DNA of 41,805 nucleotides from Bacteroidales bacterium (lineage in GTDB: Bacteria; Bacteroidota; Bacteroidia; Bacteroidales; CAIWKO01), in the NCBI GenBank assembly GCA_035389045.1, contig DAOORA010000036.1:1-41805 (forward strand). The letters are read 5' to 3'. Below are positions 27,072-37,322 of the stretch, one piece after another. The number at the start of each line of letters is the position of its first letter. The first letter of the stretch is position 1. The position numbers and the translations under genes were made by a program. The notes below the pieces were generated by a model. That model made no database searches and had not been told where the DNA came from. It saw nothing but the letters and a program-made list of their open reading frames with translations.

Positions 27072-28802
27072 TTGTCAGTTTCCAATACACATAGCAAATC
27101 ATTACTTTTTTTTATTGCCGTGTTGATTATTACCGGTGCTCTCGTTTATTGGTTCCGCTGGACAGGCAATGCAGACGACGATTGGAAGTCAATTATTGAC
27201 GGTGACGGGAAAAGGTATTATGAGTATTATGAACAAGTTGTTTTCAATAAGAATTTCGGCAATGCAACACCGGATTATGATAACATTATTAAAGCAGGCG
27301 ACAGAACTTTTATTAAAGGCCAATGCGGCACGGCGCTGCTTATCTCACCATTTTTTCTGACAGCCCGGATGCTCAGCGGGTTTTCGGATGATCCTTATTC
27401 GCCATGGTACCATAAATCCATCAGTGTGGCAGCGCTCTTTTATATGTTATTGGGTTTTGCATTTCTTTACATGTTTTTGACCCGGCTGAACATAAAACCG
27501 GTTCATATTTTTTTTTCGCTGATAGCCGTACTTTTTGCAACCAACTTACTCGTTTACACGGTTATCCAGCCCGACGTGTCGCATGTGTATTCCTTTGCCA
27601 TGATATCCTGTTTCTTATGGGCTTCCTGTTGTTTTATCCAAAAACCTGGTATTAAATATCTGCTGATCAGTGCAGTTACATTTGGTATCATATACCTGAT
27701 CAGGCCCGTGAATGTGATTGTCATTTTTTTTCTCCCCTTCTTTTTCGATGATGCACGTGCATTGCGAAATTTTTTGAAACGGCACATAAAACAAATGGCT
27801 TTATTTGCCATCGTCGCACTACTTATTATGGGTATTCAAAATGTTTTGTGGTACATCCAGTGCGGGCATTTTTTTCTCTGGTCGTATCAAAACGAAGGAT
27901 TTTATTGGTTGCATCCCGAATTTTTCAACGTACTGTTCAGTTTCCGTAAAGGACTTTTTATTTATACACCCATCCTGATCCTTGTGTTTTTAAGCCTTGC
28001 GGCAATATTTAAAACAAATCAATTCAAATTTATTATTGTCGTGATTTTTTTGTTCATTCTTACCTACATCGTTTCATCCTGGTGGTGCTGGACGTACTTC
28101 GACAGCTTCGGAATGCGGCCATTTGTAGATTTTTATGGCATATTTGTTTTACTTTTTGCTTTTCTGCTCCATAATCTGAAAAAAAAATTCCGGATAATGG
28201 TTTTGATCCTTTGTATTCCTTTTTTGCTGCTTAACCTGGTTCAATCATACCAGTACAGAAAAAACATCTTAAGTCCGGAGTACATGAATTTTGATAGTTA
28301 CAAATACATTTTTTTAAAAACCTCAGATACCTATGTGAATTGCATTGGAGGCTCTTATGATCTTGTTCCCTATAATCAATTTGAAAAAAAATTGATATTT
28401 ACGGCATCTCCCGAACCTGGCGATGATCGTATCGTGGTGTTTGACTCCCTTACTGAATATAGCCCCGGAGTTAAGATATTAAACAATTCGGAATTATTTA
28501 ATGCCGGAAAATCATTTGCGGAGATTCGGTTCAAAAAATGGGAGTATCGTGTTAAAGGCTCCACAGGAGCAGTATTTGTAGTCTCAATAAGCTATGCCGG
28601 AAGGCTTAATGCTTTTTACAAGGTATTTCCGTTGAACTATCTCCCGGTTTGTCCGGTTAACCAATGGACCGAATACTCATATTCAATGATATTGCCTAAA
28701 ATTTCAGAACCCGGATATGAATTGACGATGTATATCTGGAACAAAGGGTTACAAGAATATAAAATCAAAAACCTGGAGATCAACATTTACAAAACGGGTT
28801 AA
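27072..28802 (+). CDS. Polytopic membrane protein, GT-C-fold glycosyltransferase-like
   Basis: DG..YY motif after the first TM, SH.YSF, IRP.N, RKGLFIYTP, FG.RPF; many TM helices and a soluble C-terminal domain; TTG start uncertain. Confidence 0.75.
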   Translation: MSVSNTHSKSLLFFIAVLIITGALVYWFRWTGNADDDWKSIIDGDGKRYYEYYEQVVFNKNFGNATPDYDNIIKAGDRTFIKGQCGTALLISPFFLTARMLSGFSDDPYSPWYHKSISVAALFYMLLGFAFLYMFLTRLNIKPVHIFFSLIAVLFATNLLVYTVIQPDVSHVYSFAMISCFLWASCCFIQKPGIKYLLISAVTFGIIYLIRPVNVIVIFFLPFFFDDARALRNFLKRHIKQMALFAIVALLIMGIQNVLWYIQCGHFFLWSYQNEGFYWLHPEFFNVLFSFRKGLFIYTPILILVFLSLAAIFKTNQFKFIIVVIFLFILTYIVSSWWCWTYFDSFGMRPFVDFYGIFVLLFAFLLHNLKKKFRIMVLILCIPFLLLNLVQSYQYRKNILSPEYMNFDSYKYIFLKTSDTYVNCIGGSYDLVPYNQFEKKLIFTASPEPGDDRIVVFDSLTEYSPGVKILNNSELFNAGKSFAEIRFKKWEYRVKGSTGAVFVVSISYAGRLNAFYKVFPLNYLPVCPVNQWTEYSYSMILPKISEPGYELTMYIWNKGLQEYKIKNLEINIYKTG

Positions 28803-28924
28803 ATGGATTAACCTGTATGTCGCGATGTCCGGCGCAACTGGAGGCAGGCAGCATGGCCGGCATATTGGGGCAACCGCATAATATAGCGATGCAAAATATT
28901 TTCTTGTCATATCATTTTTTTTAC

Positions 28925-28932
28925 TAATTTTG
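28925..28932 (+). promoter_or_regulatory. -7 promoter box for thrS
   Basis: TAATTTTG upstream of ATG 28960. Confidence 0.55.
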
Positions 28933-28959
28933 CAAATTCTTTTTTGAACCGACTGTACT

Positions 28960-30894
28960 ATGATAAATATAACATTACCGGATAATTCGGTCAGGCAGTA
29001 TAACGAAGGAGTTACAGGCCTGGATATTGCGCTGAGCATCAGCGAAGGCCTGGCCCGCAATGTTTTGGCAGCCAAAGTGAACGATGAGGTTTGGGATGCT
29101 ACCCGGCCAATTCACAGTGATGCCCGAGTAAAACTCTTTACCTGGAACGATCCCGAAGGCAAAGCGGCTATGTGGCATTCCTCGGCGCATATCATGGCGG
29201 AAGCCATCGAAACACTTTTTCCGGGAACAAAATTTGGTATTGGTCCCAATATCGAAAACGGCTTTTATTATGACATAGATACCGGCGATCGCATGATCAC
29301 TGAAGCTGACTTCAAGTCCATCGAAGACAAAATACTTGAATTTGCAAAAGAAAATCAGCCTATCCTGCGTAAGGAAATTTCCAAACAGAATGCACTTGAC
29401 CTTTTTGCCAAAAAAGGTGATGAATATAAGCTTGAACTTATCAATGAACTGGCTGATGGCGGGATCACCCTATATGAAAGCGGCCGTTTCACCGATCTCT
29501 GCCGTGGACCGCACATTCCTGCATCAGGTTTTATCAAAGCGGTAAAAATTTTGAGTGTCGCAGGTGCTTACTGGCGGGGTGATATTAACCGCAAGCAACT
29601 TACCCGTGTGTATGGTATCACGTTCACCAAACAAAAAGAATTGCAGGACTACCTTATCCTGCTTGAAGAAGCGAAAAAACGTGACCACCGAAAATTAGGA
29701 AAGGAACTGGAACTGTTTACTTTTTCTGCAAACGTCGGACTGGGACTGCCTCTGTGGCTGCCTAAAGGAACTGCGCTGCGCGAACGCCTTGAGGCATTCC
29801 TGAAAAAAGCCCAAAAGAAAGCCGGCTATGTGCAGGTGATGACGCCGCACATTGGCAATGTCAACCTTTATAAGACTTCGGGACACTTCCAGAAATACGG
29901 CAAGGATTCGTTCCGCCCCATCACAACGCCGGTAGAAGGCGAGGAGTTCATGCTGAAACCTATGAATTGTCCACACCATTGCGAGATATACAAGAGCAAA
30001 CCCCGTTCATACAAAGACCTGCCTTTGCGTATGGCAGAATTCGGAACAGTATATCGCTATGAGCAAAGCGGTGAATTACACGGATTGACACGTGTCCGTG
30101 GATTTACACAGGATGATGCACACATTTTCTGCACCCCCGACCAGGTGAAACAGGAATTTGTCGGTGTGATAAATATCGTGATGAAAATTTTTAAAGCACT
30201 TGATTTTAAGGATTTCACTGCACAGATCTCATTGCGTGACCCGAATGATAAAGAAAAATATATCGGAACCGACGAAAACTGGGAAAAAGCCGAACGCGCC
30301 ATCATCGAAGTTGTGGAAGAAAATAAAATTGACGGTATTGTCGAGTTGGGAGAAGCTGCATTCTACGGGCCGAAACTCGATTTCATGGTTCGCGATGCTA
30401 TCGGCCGTAAATGGCAACTGGGAACCATACAGGTGGATTATAACCTGCCCGAGCGTTTTGACCTGGAATACATAGGTAACGACAACCAGAAACACCGTCC
30501 GGTGATGATCCATCGCGCACCTTTTGGATCGATGGAACGCTTTGTGGCGGTTTTGCTGGAGCATTGCGCCGGAAAATTCCCGCTTTGGCTTGCCCCTGAA
30601 CAGGTTACTATAATACCTATCAGCGACAAATTTGAAAATTATGCAAAAAAAGTTTTACAATTGCTAAATAATTACGATATTCGCAGCCAAATTGACAGCA
30701 GGAACGAAAAAGCGGGAAAAAAGATCAGGGACGCCGAGTTGGACAGAATACCATATATGGTTATAGTAGGAGAAAAAGAAGAGGCTGAAAATAATATATC
30801 TGTAAGAAAACAAGGCCAGGGAGATATAGGAACCTTTACCATTGAAGCTTTTGCTGAAATGATTAATGATGAGATAAAAAAAATGATTGAATAA
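28960..30894 (+). CDS. thrS: Threonine--tRNA ligase
   Basis: TGS domain, [56 protein letters not shown]. Confidence 0.98.
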   Translation: MINITLPDNSVRQYNEGVTGLDIALSISEGLARNVLAAKVNDEVWDATRPIHSDARVKLFTWNDPEGKAAMWHSSAHIMAEAIETLFPGTKFGIGPNIENGFYYDIDTGDRMITEADFKSIEDKILEFAKENQPILRKEISKQNALDLFAKKGDEYKLELINELADGGITLYESGRFTDLCRGPHIPASGFIKAVKILSVAGAYWRGDINRKQLTRVYGITFTKQKELQDYLILLEEAKKRDHRKLGKELELFTFSANVGLGLPLWLPKGTALRERLEAFLKKAQKKAGYVQVMTPHIGNVNLYKTSGHFQKYGKDSFRPITTPVEGEEFMLKPMNCPHHCEIYKSKPRSYKDLPLRMAEFGTVYRYEQSGELHGLTRVRGFTQDDAHIFCTPDQVKQEFVGVINIVMKIFKALDFKDFTAQISLRDPNDKEKYIGTDENWEKAERAIIEVVEENKIDGIVELGEAAFYGPKLDFMVRDAIGRKWQLGTIQVDYNLPERFDLEYIGNDNQKHRPVMIHRAPFGSMERFVAVLLEHCAGKFPLWLAPEQVTIIPISDKFENYAKKVLQLLNNYDIRSQIDSRNEKAGKKIRDAELDRIPYMVIVGEKEEAENNISVRKQGQGDIGTFTIEAFAEMINDEIKKMIE

Positions 30895-30929
30895 TTAACA
30901 AAAGTATTCACTAAAACGGAGGACAAGTT

Positions 30930-31496
30930 ATAGCAACAAATTTTAATTTACAACAGGGGAGAGGATATCAGGGAAGAAATTATCCCAAAAAAGAAGAATT
31001 GCATAAAATAAATCACAGGATTACCGCTCCGGTAGTCCGGGTGGTTGGCGAAAATATCCAGATGGGAATATATCCTATTCGAGAAGCCCTTGAAATTGCT
31101 GAAGAACAGGGCCTTGATCTTGTGGAAATATCCCCGACAGCTACGCCCCCGGTTTGCAAAGTTATTGATTATAAAAAATTTCTTTACGAACAAAAGCGCA
31201 AGCAAAAAGAAATGAAGGCAAAGGCAGCCAAAGTAGTGATAAAAGAAATCAGACTGGGGCCTAATACAGATGACCATGATTTTAATTTTAAAATCAAACA
31301 TGCCATCAAGTTTCTGCAGGAAGGTTGTAAAGTAAAAGTTGATGTCTATTTCAGAGGACGATCCATTGTATATAAAGAACAAGGTGAAATTATTCTGCTG
31401 AAATTTGCCCAGGAGCTGGTGGATTACGGGAAACCCGACCAACTGCCGAAGCTCGAAGGAAAACGTATGATTATGATATTGTCACCTAAAAAATAA
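30930..31496 (+). CDS. infC: Translation initiation factor IF-3 (probable ATA start)
   Basis: IN..I....[21 protein letters not shown]; in-frame ATA at 30930, 7 nt after GGAGG (30918-30922); the ORF track start at 30999 is probably internal. Confidence 0.92.
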   Translation: MATNFNLQQGRGYQGRNYPKKEELHKINHRITAPVVRVVGENIQMGIYPIREALEIAEEQGLDLVEISPTATPPVCKVIDYKKFLYEQKRKQKEMKAKAAKVVIKEIRLGPNTDDHDFNFKIKHAIKFLQEGCKVKVDVYFRGRSIVYKEQGEIILLKFAQELVDYGKPDQLPKLEGKRMIMILSPKK

Positions 31497-31522
31497 CTGA
31501 TTACAATAAAAAACCAGATAAA

Positions 31523-31717
31523 ATGCCAAAAATGAAATCAATTTCCGGAGCCAAAAAAAGACTGGAATTTACCGGTACCGGAAAAATTAAAAGAAAACAC
31601 GCATACAAAAGTCACATTCTGACCAAAAAAACTACCAAACGGAAAAGAAACCTTACTTATGCAACCACCGTTGATAAGGTAGATGAAAAAAGAGTGAAAC
31701 AAATGCTTGCCTGTTAA
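31523..31717 (+). CDS. rpmI: 50S ribosomal protein L35
   Basis: [29 protein letters not shown]; conserved infC-rpmI-rplT order. Confidence 0.96.
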   Translation: MPKMKSISGAKKRLEFTGTGKIKRKHAYKSHILTKKTTKRKRNLTYATTVDKVDEKRVKQMLAC

Positions 31718-31734
31718 GTAATTCAATTATTAAC

Positions 31735-31780
31735 TTGTCTTCAGCATTAAAGAATCTCATTACGGAGATCGCTGAAGCAA
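31735..31780 (+). promoter_or_regulatory. Stem-loop upstream of rplT (candidate L20 leader)
   Basis: CTTCAGC/GCTGAAG outer stem, ATCTC/GAGAT inner stem, asymmetric internal loop. Confidence 0.45.
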
Positions 31781-31793
31781 AAAACCTAAAACT

Positions 31794-32138
31794 ATGCCAC
31801 GTTCAGTAAATGCAGTAGCATCAAGACAAAGACGAAAAAAAATTCTAAGCAGGGTCAAAGGCCAGTTCGGTCGAAGAAAAAATGTCTGGACCGTTGCTAA
31901 AAACGCTTACGAAAAAGGTATGTGTTATGCATACCGCGACAGACGTAACAAAAAGCGCGATTTCAGAGGTTTATGGATCAATCGTATCAATGCCGGGACA
32001 CGCCAGTACGGGATGAGCTATTCGGTGTTTATCGGAAAACTCCACGAAAAAAACATCCAGCTCAACAGGAAAACATTGGCCGATCTTGCCATGAATAACC
32101 CTGAAGCCTTTAAAGCAGTTGTCGATTCGGTAAAGTAA
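31794..32138 (+). CDS. rplT: 50S ribosomal protein L20
   Basis: AYRDRR.KKR.FR.LWI.RINA, SYS.FI, LNRK.LADLA. Confidence 0.97.
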   Translation: MPRSVNAVASRQRRKKILSRVKGQFGRRKNVWTVAKNAYEKGMCYAYRDRRNKKRDFRGLWINRINAGTRQYGMSYSVFIGKLHEKNIQLNRKTLADLAMNNPEAFKAVVDSVK

Positions 32139-32155
32139 AGAATTACCTGATTTTG

Positions 32156-32190
32156 AAAAAAAAGGAATGAGGAAACTTGTTCCTTTTTTT
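32156..32190. terminator. Bidirectional intrinsic terminator
   Basis: A8-GGAATGAG-gaaa-CTTGTTCC-T7 between convergent rplT and the PHP gene. Confidence 0.85.
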
Positions 32191-32209
32191 ATTGCCCTTT
32201 TACAGGGTG

Positions 32210-33502
32210 TTATCCGGTTATGAGAACTTTTTTAATGACGACTTTATCAGAAGCGGTAATTTTTACCATATATATTCCAGGTGACAGTTGGCCTGTGTTT
32301 ATCTGCAGTTTATTCTGAAACAGTTTTGAATAAAGCACCCTCCCGCTCATGTTATATATTTCAATCCGGCTGTTGTCCTCACCGGTAGTCACATAAAAAT
32401 GATCCCTGACAGGGTTAGGAAACAACTGAAAAGCGGCTTCAGATGACGGAAATTGAATATGAGTGATTGTTCCGGTAAGGAATACCGGTGCCGACCACAA
32501 ATAGTTGCTATCTGCCTGTAAGGCCCGCACAAAGATCCAGTTGAAGTTTACCGGGCTGATAATGAACGTAGTGTCCAGGGTTCCTGAATGTGGTCCAATA
32601 TCGGCCAGAACGCCATTTTGAGTAATTAACTGTATTGAGATCCATGATTCGTTATTTACATCCGACAAGTACACGTGGAGCGGCATGGTCAGTTGAACCG
32701 GCAATTCGCTTCCCATGGGCGTTCCGCTAAGGTCTATCCAGATTTTTGCATTTTTATCCATGGAGGCAAAGGTCCTGCCGGCCATTATTGCTTCAAATAA
32801 AGCCGGTCTGGTAAGAGCAGTTGACCAGATACCAGCCCGGCAGTCGTTCTTGGTGCCCCAGTCTGCGGAATGATTATCCTGATTCCAGACTGGCGAAAGA
32901 TGCCATCCATTGGCCAGCGCCGGTTCATAAAAGTCATTGGCCTGCTGGATGCTTTGAAATTCTATCAGGGGAATAATATTATCCAGTGCATTACTAACAA
33001 AAGCAAAATTATTCCAATTGGTAAAATAGGTTTCTTCACCCGGATGATTGAACTGTGCAAAAGCAGGCGGGTGCGTGAGAACCCAGTTGTAAAAAGCCGG
33101 CAGGTCTGTGGTGTACCAAAGGTTGACAACATCATCAATAATATCAGTGGTATTAAAAACATTCACATGGCCATGAACCGGCGACCCCCATTCCCAACCG
33201 GCAATACCTACAAATGTTCCGTTAACTGTTGCGGCATCTGCGGCATTCCGGCAATCGGACCATTCCGGATCAATGTAAGGAATGTTTCCGATTTGTTCTA
33301 AATGATCGGTTACCGCCAGAAAATCAAGGCCGGCTGTATATCTTGCATAGTTGAAGGCATCTTCAGGTTCGCCGGCACCGTCTGAATTGGACGTGTGAGA
33401 GTGCAGATTACCGAAATAGGCCTGGTAGATTCCCTGTGAAACAACACAAAAGGGTGTAATAAACAGTATCATTGAAAGGAAAAATAATTTTTTTTTCATC
33501 AT
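32210..33502 (-). CDS. PHP-domain (CehA/McbA-like) metallohydrolase with T9SS CTD
   Basis: GNLHSHT..SDG, DFLAVTDH, GHVN, FNHP, QDNH; LFPNPV...PGIYMV CTD; start moved to the MMKKKLFF signal peptide (TATTTTTG box at 33525-33532). Confidence 0.85.
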   Translation of the reverse strand: MMKKKLFFLSMILFITPFCVVSQGIYQAYFGNLHSHTSNSDGAGEPEDAFNYARYTAGLDFLAVTDHLEQIGNIPYIDPEWSDCRNAADAATVNGTFVGIAGWEWGSPVHGHVNVFNTTDIIDDVVNLWYTTDLPAFYNWVLTHPPAFAQFNHPGEETYFTNWNNFAFVSNALDNIIPLIEFQSIQQANDFYEPALANGWHLSPVWNQDNHSADWGTKNDCRAGIWSTALTRPALFEAIMAGRTFASMDKNAKIWIDLSGTPMGSELPVQLTMPLHVYLSDVNNESWISIQLITQNGVLADIGPHSGTLDTTFIISPVNFNWIFVRALQADSNYLWSAPVFLTGTITHIQFPSSEAAFQLFPNPVRDHFYVTTGEDNSRIEIYNMSGRVLYSKLFQNKLQINTGQLSPGIYMVKITASDKVVIKKVLITG

Positions 33503-33882
33503 GCTTTTTCTTGTGTTTATTTGACAAAAATACACAAAATACAATATTTTAATATATTGGTAACCAAATAGTTATTAACATTATGATACTGTATTATTCA
33601 TAGTGGTTTAATTTTTATGTAGTCCACTTAAAATATCGGATACCCAAGTCTTCTTTTATGCCACGAAATCCCTTACCTGTGTTGGGTTTTGTCTTACAAT
33701 TGATACTGAATGGATGTTTCTATTATAAAAAAGTGAAAATAAAAAAATAAAAATAAATCATTTTGGCATAATTTTTTCATCATAGAATTTGAAAAAGTTT
33801 TTGAATGTATTATTTGTGAATATCAATTTGAAATAAATATCAATAAAAAATAAGTTCAAGTAAAAACAATAAAATCATAAAA

Positions 33883-34215
33883 ATGATTGCAAATACGACA
33901 ATTCAGTACAAGATTAATCAAAAAATCAATTACAAATTACTTGAAGGAATTGTTGAGCAAATGAAAGTCATGGCTCATCCGGTCCGACTTGCTATAGTCA
34001 TTATTCTTGCTGTCAATAAAAAGATGACTGTATCACAGATCTATGATGAACTTGGGATACAGCAGTCTGTGGCGTCTAACCATTTAAAACTGATGAAAAC
34101 TCACAATCTGTTGATTTCGAGGAGACAGGGAAAGTATATTTATTATTCTGTTAATGCAGGAACCCTGCGTAAACTTTATTCAACCATGAAAGTTGATTTT
34201 TATGTTAACGAATAA
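33883..34215 (+). CDS. ArsR/SmtB family transcriptional regulator
   Basis: K.MAHPVRL.I, V..I...L...QS..S.HL..M, RR.GK.IYY. Confidence 0.88.
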   Translation: MIANTTIQYKINQKINYKLLEGIVEQMKVMAHPVRLAIVIILAVNKKMTVSQIYDELGIQQSVASNHLKLMKTHNLLISRRQGKYIYYSVNAGTLRKLYSTMKVDFYVNE

Positions 34216-34241
34216 GGAATAGCTTCATTAAAATATTTTTC

Positions 34242-34325
34242 ACAGGCTGTTTTAAAATTCCTCAGTGTCCCCCAGACAGATACAGAGTAATAAATCAATA
34301 AAAAATGGCTTTTGAGACAGACTGT
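34242..34325. mobile_element. Short MITE remnant
   Basis: ACAGGCTGTTTTAAAA ... TTTTGAGACAGACTGT imperfect TIRs, related to 21361-21505. Confidence 0.45.
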
Positions 34326-34426
34326 ATGATTTTTTCCCTATTTCGATAGAATTTGCAAAGATTATTATTAGTTCACAAATTACATAATTCGATTAAAATC
34401 TAAATGGGTTTTAGCCTGAAATACTG

Positions 34427-35020
34427 CTATTTGATTTCAAATGCAGGGATTTCAACCTCGCCAAACTCTATCATGGCATTGAATGCACATACTTTTAGAT
34501 ATTTATTCAGATCGTTTGCCATAATTTGCTTTTCGTAAATTTTACCTTCGTCAATTAGTTTCTGGCGTTTCGTTCCCTTTAATATTGGATTTTTTGGCGT
34601 GTACCAGTTTATGCCGTCAAAAAAAGCCACATTACAAATTGATGTGTCAGTGATGATTCCATTTTTAATTATAAGTATATCGTCGCAGTCCGCACGCTTT
34701 TTAAAAAGGTTTTCAATTGAAGATCGATCAGCATATTTGTGTTCATATTCAAGGTTATTGCAGCATACAAGTTTCAGCGATTTAACAGGCTTGAATATAT
34801 ATTGTGAAATTTCCACAGATTCAATCTTGTCACTACTGATCACTCTGCATCTGTATATATCATCAGATAGATTTTCAGGTAAAACGATATGTTTTTCCAA
34901 ATCAATTTCATCAGAGGAACTGAACAACTGGGTGCGCGAATAGTTTAACCGCCTGTTATGATAATGGATATTGCAGATTTGGCGCTGCTGTATTTTTATT
35001 GTTTCAATTAACCGGCACAT
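34427..35020 (-). CDS. pabC: Aminotransferase class IV, 4-amino-4-deoxychorismate lyase-like
   Basis: ETIK, YH..R, Y..KY.DR, ITDTSI.N, L.GTKR; overlaps the pabB end. Confidence 0.8.
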   Translation of the reverse strand: MCRLIETIKIQQRQICNIHYHNRRLNYSRTQLFSSSDEIDLEKHIVLPENLSDDIYRCRVISSDKIESVEISQYIFKPVKSLKLVCCNNLEYEHKYADRSSIENLFKKRADCDDILIIKNGIITDTSICNVAFFDGINWYTPKNPILKGTKRQKLIDEGKIYEKQIMANDLNKYLKVCAFNAMIEFGEVEIPAFEIK

Positions 35021-35960
35021 ATATTTTATCGATCATTTCATTATACTCCGAGTGCACATTGCTGTTGACCGTTATTCCTCCACCGCTTCTATACACATAT
35101 TTCCCGCTAACCTTTTCGATAAACCTTATTGCTACAGCGCTGTCCACTGAAATCCCATCAAAAACGCCAAAGATGCCGGTATAATAACCCCTGTAGTAAT
35201 TTTCGGCTTCTGCAATAATTTCGAGGGTTTTCTTTTTGGGCGCACCGCTCACCGATCCGGCAGGCAATAATTTCTCTAAAATAGTGCCGATATGCTCATT
35301 CCAATCTTCAGGCAATTTACCTTTTATCTCAGAACTAACCTGCAGCAGGCTTTTAGTGTTTGTAACGATTTTATCTATATAACGGTATCTTGTAAGGCAA
35401 ACTTCTTTAGCCACTATGCTAAGATCATTTCGTATTAAATCAACAATGGTATTGTGTTCAGCAATTTCTTTTTCATCATTCAAAATAATATTTTTTGCAT
35501 CCGGTAGGGCCTCATCAATAGTGCCCTTCATTGGATAGGAAAAAATGAAATTATCAAAGATTTTTACAAATGTTTCAGGAGAAAAACACACAAATTTGTC
35601 TGGGAAATAAAGTTTGTATTTTGCAGCGCACAAAAGAAAAATATCCTCCAGGCTGTGACTGGTTTCAATTTGTGTGGGAAACGTCAGATTTAACAGGTAC
35701 GAATTTCCGGCGCAGAGATGTTGCTGCACAAGGTCAAATGCCGCTTTATACCGTCGAAATCCGACAATATTTTTTTTCAATTCTATGTTTACCGCATTTT
35801 CAGGAAAAATCCGGCTATTACTGAAATCATAAATCAATCCGGTCGTATCAATTTCGCTCAACGGTATAACAAGTGGCTGTCGCATCTCAAAATCTACAAG
35901 GAAAAAGAATGGGATTTTATTTTTACCCAGCAAATTCATATTTTTGACTGCATCTTTCAT
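35004..35960 (-). CDS. pabB: Aminodeoxychorismate synthase component I
   Basis: GNSYL.NLT, FSPETF, PMKGT, KE.AEH..IVDLIRNDL, PAGSVSGAPK, SAV.IR, SGGGI; start set at MKDAV (35960) because the longer ORF overlaps pabA. Confidence 0.9.
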   Translation of the reverse strand: MKDAVKNMNLLGKNKIPFFFLVDFEMRQPLVIPLSEIDTTGLIYDFSNSRIFPENAVNIELKKNIVGFRRYKAAFDLVQQHLCAGNSYLLNLTFPTQIETSHSLEDIFLLCAAKYKLYFPDKFVCFSPETFVKIFDNFIFSYPMKGTIDEALPDAKNIILNDEKEIAEHNTIVDLIRNDLSIVAKEVCLTRYRYIDKIVTNTKSLLQVSSEIKGKLPEDWNEHIGTILEKLLPAGSVSGAPKKKTLEIIAEAENYYRGYYTGIFGVFDGISVDSAVAIRFIEKVSGKYVYRSGGGITVNSNVHSEYNEMIDKIYVPVN

Positions 35961-35990
35961 AATTAAAGCAAATTTATTGATTTTACCGTA

Positions 35991-36560
35991 GTGAGCATTC
36001 TGATAATTGACAATCATGATTCTTTCACTTTTAACCTCGTTCATCTCATAGAAGAATGCGGAAGGTGTGATGTTTCTGTCATAAAGAACAATGAAATCAA
36101 TATGAATGAAATTGATGAATTTGATAAAATTCTTATTTCGCCCGGTCCCGGAATTCCGTCTGAAACAATAAACCTTATTGAAATCATTGAAAAATATCAC
36201 AAAACAAAAACCATCCTTGGAATATGTCTCGGACACCAGGCGATAGCAGAATATTTTGGCGCCACGCTTATAAATGTATCAACACCTTTTCATGGTATTA
36301 AATCAAGAATTTATATAACAAAGAACGATAGTTATATTTTTAATAACATCCCCTCAACATTTCATGCCGGGCGATATCACTCATGGGTGGTCTCAGCACA
36401 CGATTTTCCAGGAAGCCTTAAAATTACCGCTATTTCAGATGACGGTTTTATTATGGCGATTTCTCACCGGTCATTTGACGTTCAGGGCATTCAGTTTCAT
36501 CCGGAGTCTATTATGACTCCGCACGGAAAACTGATTATACAGAACTGGCTGAATAAATAA
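35991..36560 (+). CDS. pabA: Aminodeoxychorismate/anthranilate synthase component II (class I glutamine amidotransferase)
   Basis: IDN.DSFT.NL, ISPGPG, GICLGHQ, RYHS, QFHPES; adjacent to pabB. Confidence 0.9.
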   Translation: MSILIIDNHDSFTFNLVHLIEECGRCDVSVIKNNEINMNEIDEFDKILISPGPGIPSETINLIEIIEKYHKTKTILGICLGHQAIAEYFGATLINVSTPFHGIKSRIYITKNDSYIFNNIPSTFHAGRYHSWVVSAHDFPGSLKITAISDDGFIMAISHRSFDVQGIQFHPESIMTPHGKLIIQNWLNK

Positions 36561-36562
36561 TA

Positions 36563-37144
36563 CTAATTAACGCCAAAATCCTTCTTAATAGTAATAAATC
36601 CGGGATATTGAACAGCATAACTTCCTACCATGACTGTTGGTTTTGCCTTCAGCGAGATACGTGTGGGGCGGTTACCAGCATCCACCAGGTTCAGTCCGAA
36701 ATTGACAATATTTTTTCCTGATTGTCCGGAGAGTATTTTTACAAGATCGGTGTTTATCCGGATCGGAAAGGTACCCGTGCCATTGTTGGGAGCTATTTCA
36801 ACGCGTTGGGCGGTGGTGCCCGCAGCAATCTGTGTATCATCAATAAATGCCATCCAGTCTAATTTGCTCAGCGCGGCTTTTTCTTTGTTGGGATTACGTG
36901 CCTCCACATTTAAAGTGAAGTTAAGCGGTAATGACCCGGAAGCAACACTGGCAAGCAGTGTGGCGCCATCAATCAGGGCCAGGTCGCTGAATGATTTAAG
37001 TTTTTGTACATTCACACCGCCCAGGGTGATGTTATTCGCCGAAGCCAGACGAAAATCGCAGGTCAGGAGGTTGGTGAATTCCTTGATCTGGCTGCAGGAA
37101 GCGACAAATAAGACAGCAAACAAAAAAAATATTTTATATCTCAT
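36563..37144 (-). CDS. Lipoprotein, LEA_2-like domain
   Basis: MRYKIFFLFAVLFVASC lipobox; NPN motif; start probably 37144. Confidence 0.75.
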   Translation of the reverse strand: MRYKIFFLFAVLFVASCSQIKEFTNLLTCDFRLASANNITLGGVNVQKLKSFSDLALIDGATLLASVASGSLPLNFTLNVEARNPNKEKAALSKLDWMAFIDDTQIAAGTTAQRVEIAPNNGTGTFPIRINTDLVKILSGQSGKNIVNFGLNLVDAGNRPTRISLKAKPTVMVGSYAVQYPGFITIKKDFGVN

Positions 37145-37322
37145 GGTAAGTTGATTTATTTCTGATATTTCTTTTATTGCCATAAAAGAATTTTTGCTCT
37201 TGTTTAGGACAATACAATAAAACGGATGTTGAAATTAATACTTTTCCCGCAATCCGCCACAGCGAATCGCAGATTATCGCAGAAAACAAGAGGAGATCAG
37301 AGGAAGCTATATGAATAAAAAA

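Noticed and set aside
33503..33544. Upstream start for the PHP protein
   Set aside because: The extension covers the promoter box and precedes a clear signal peptide
35961..36236. N-terminal 92-aa extension of PabB in the ORF track
   Set aside because: It is the antisense of pabA; PabB-like sequence begins at 35960
36630..37154. 174-aa ORF on +, and other short ORFs nested in long genes
   Set aside because: Antisense or alternate-frame shadows of well-supported genes
37245..37305. Short CGCAGA repeats and a small palindrome upstream of the lipoprotein gene
   Set aside because: Too short and degenerate to assign; probably a remnant of a dispersed repeat
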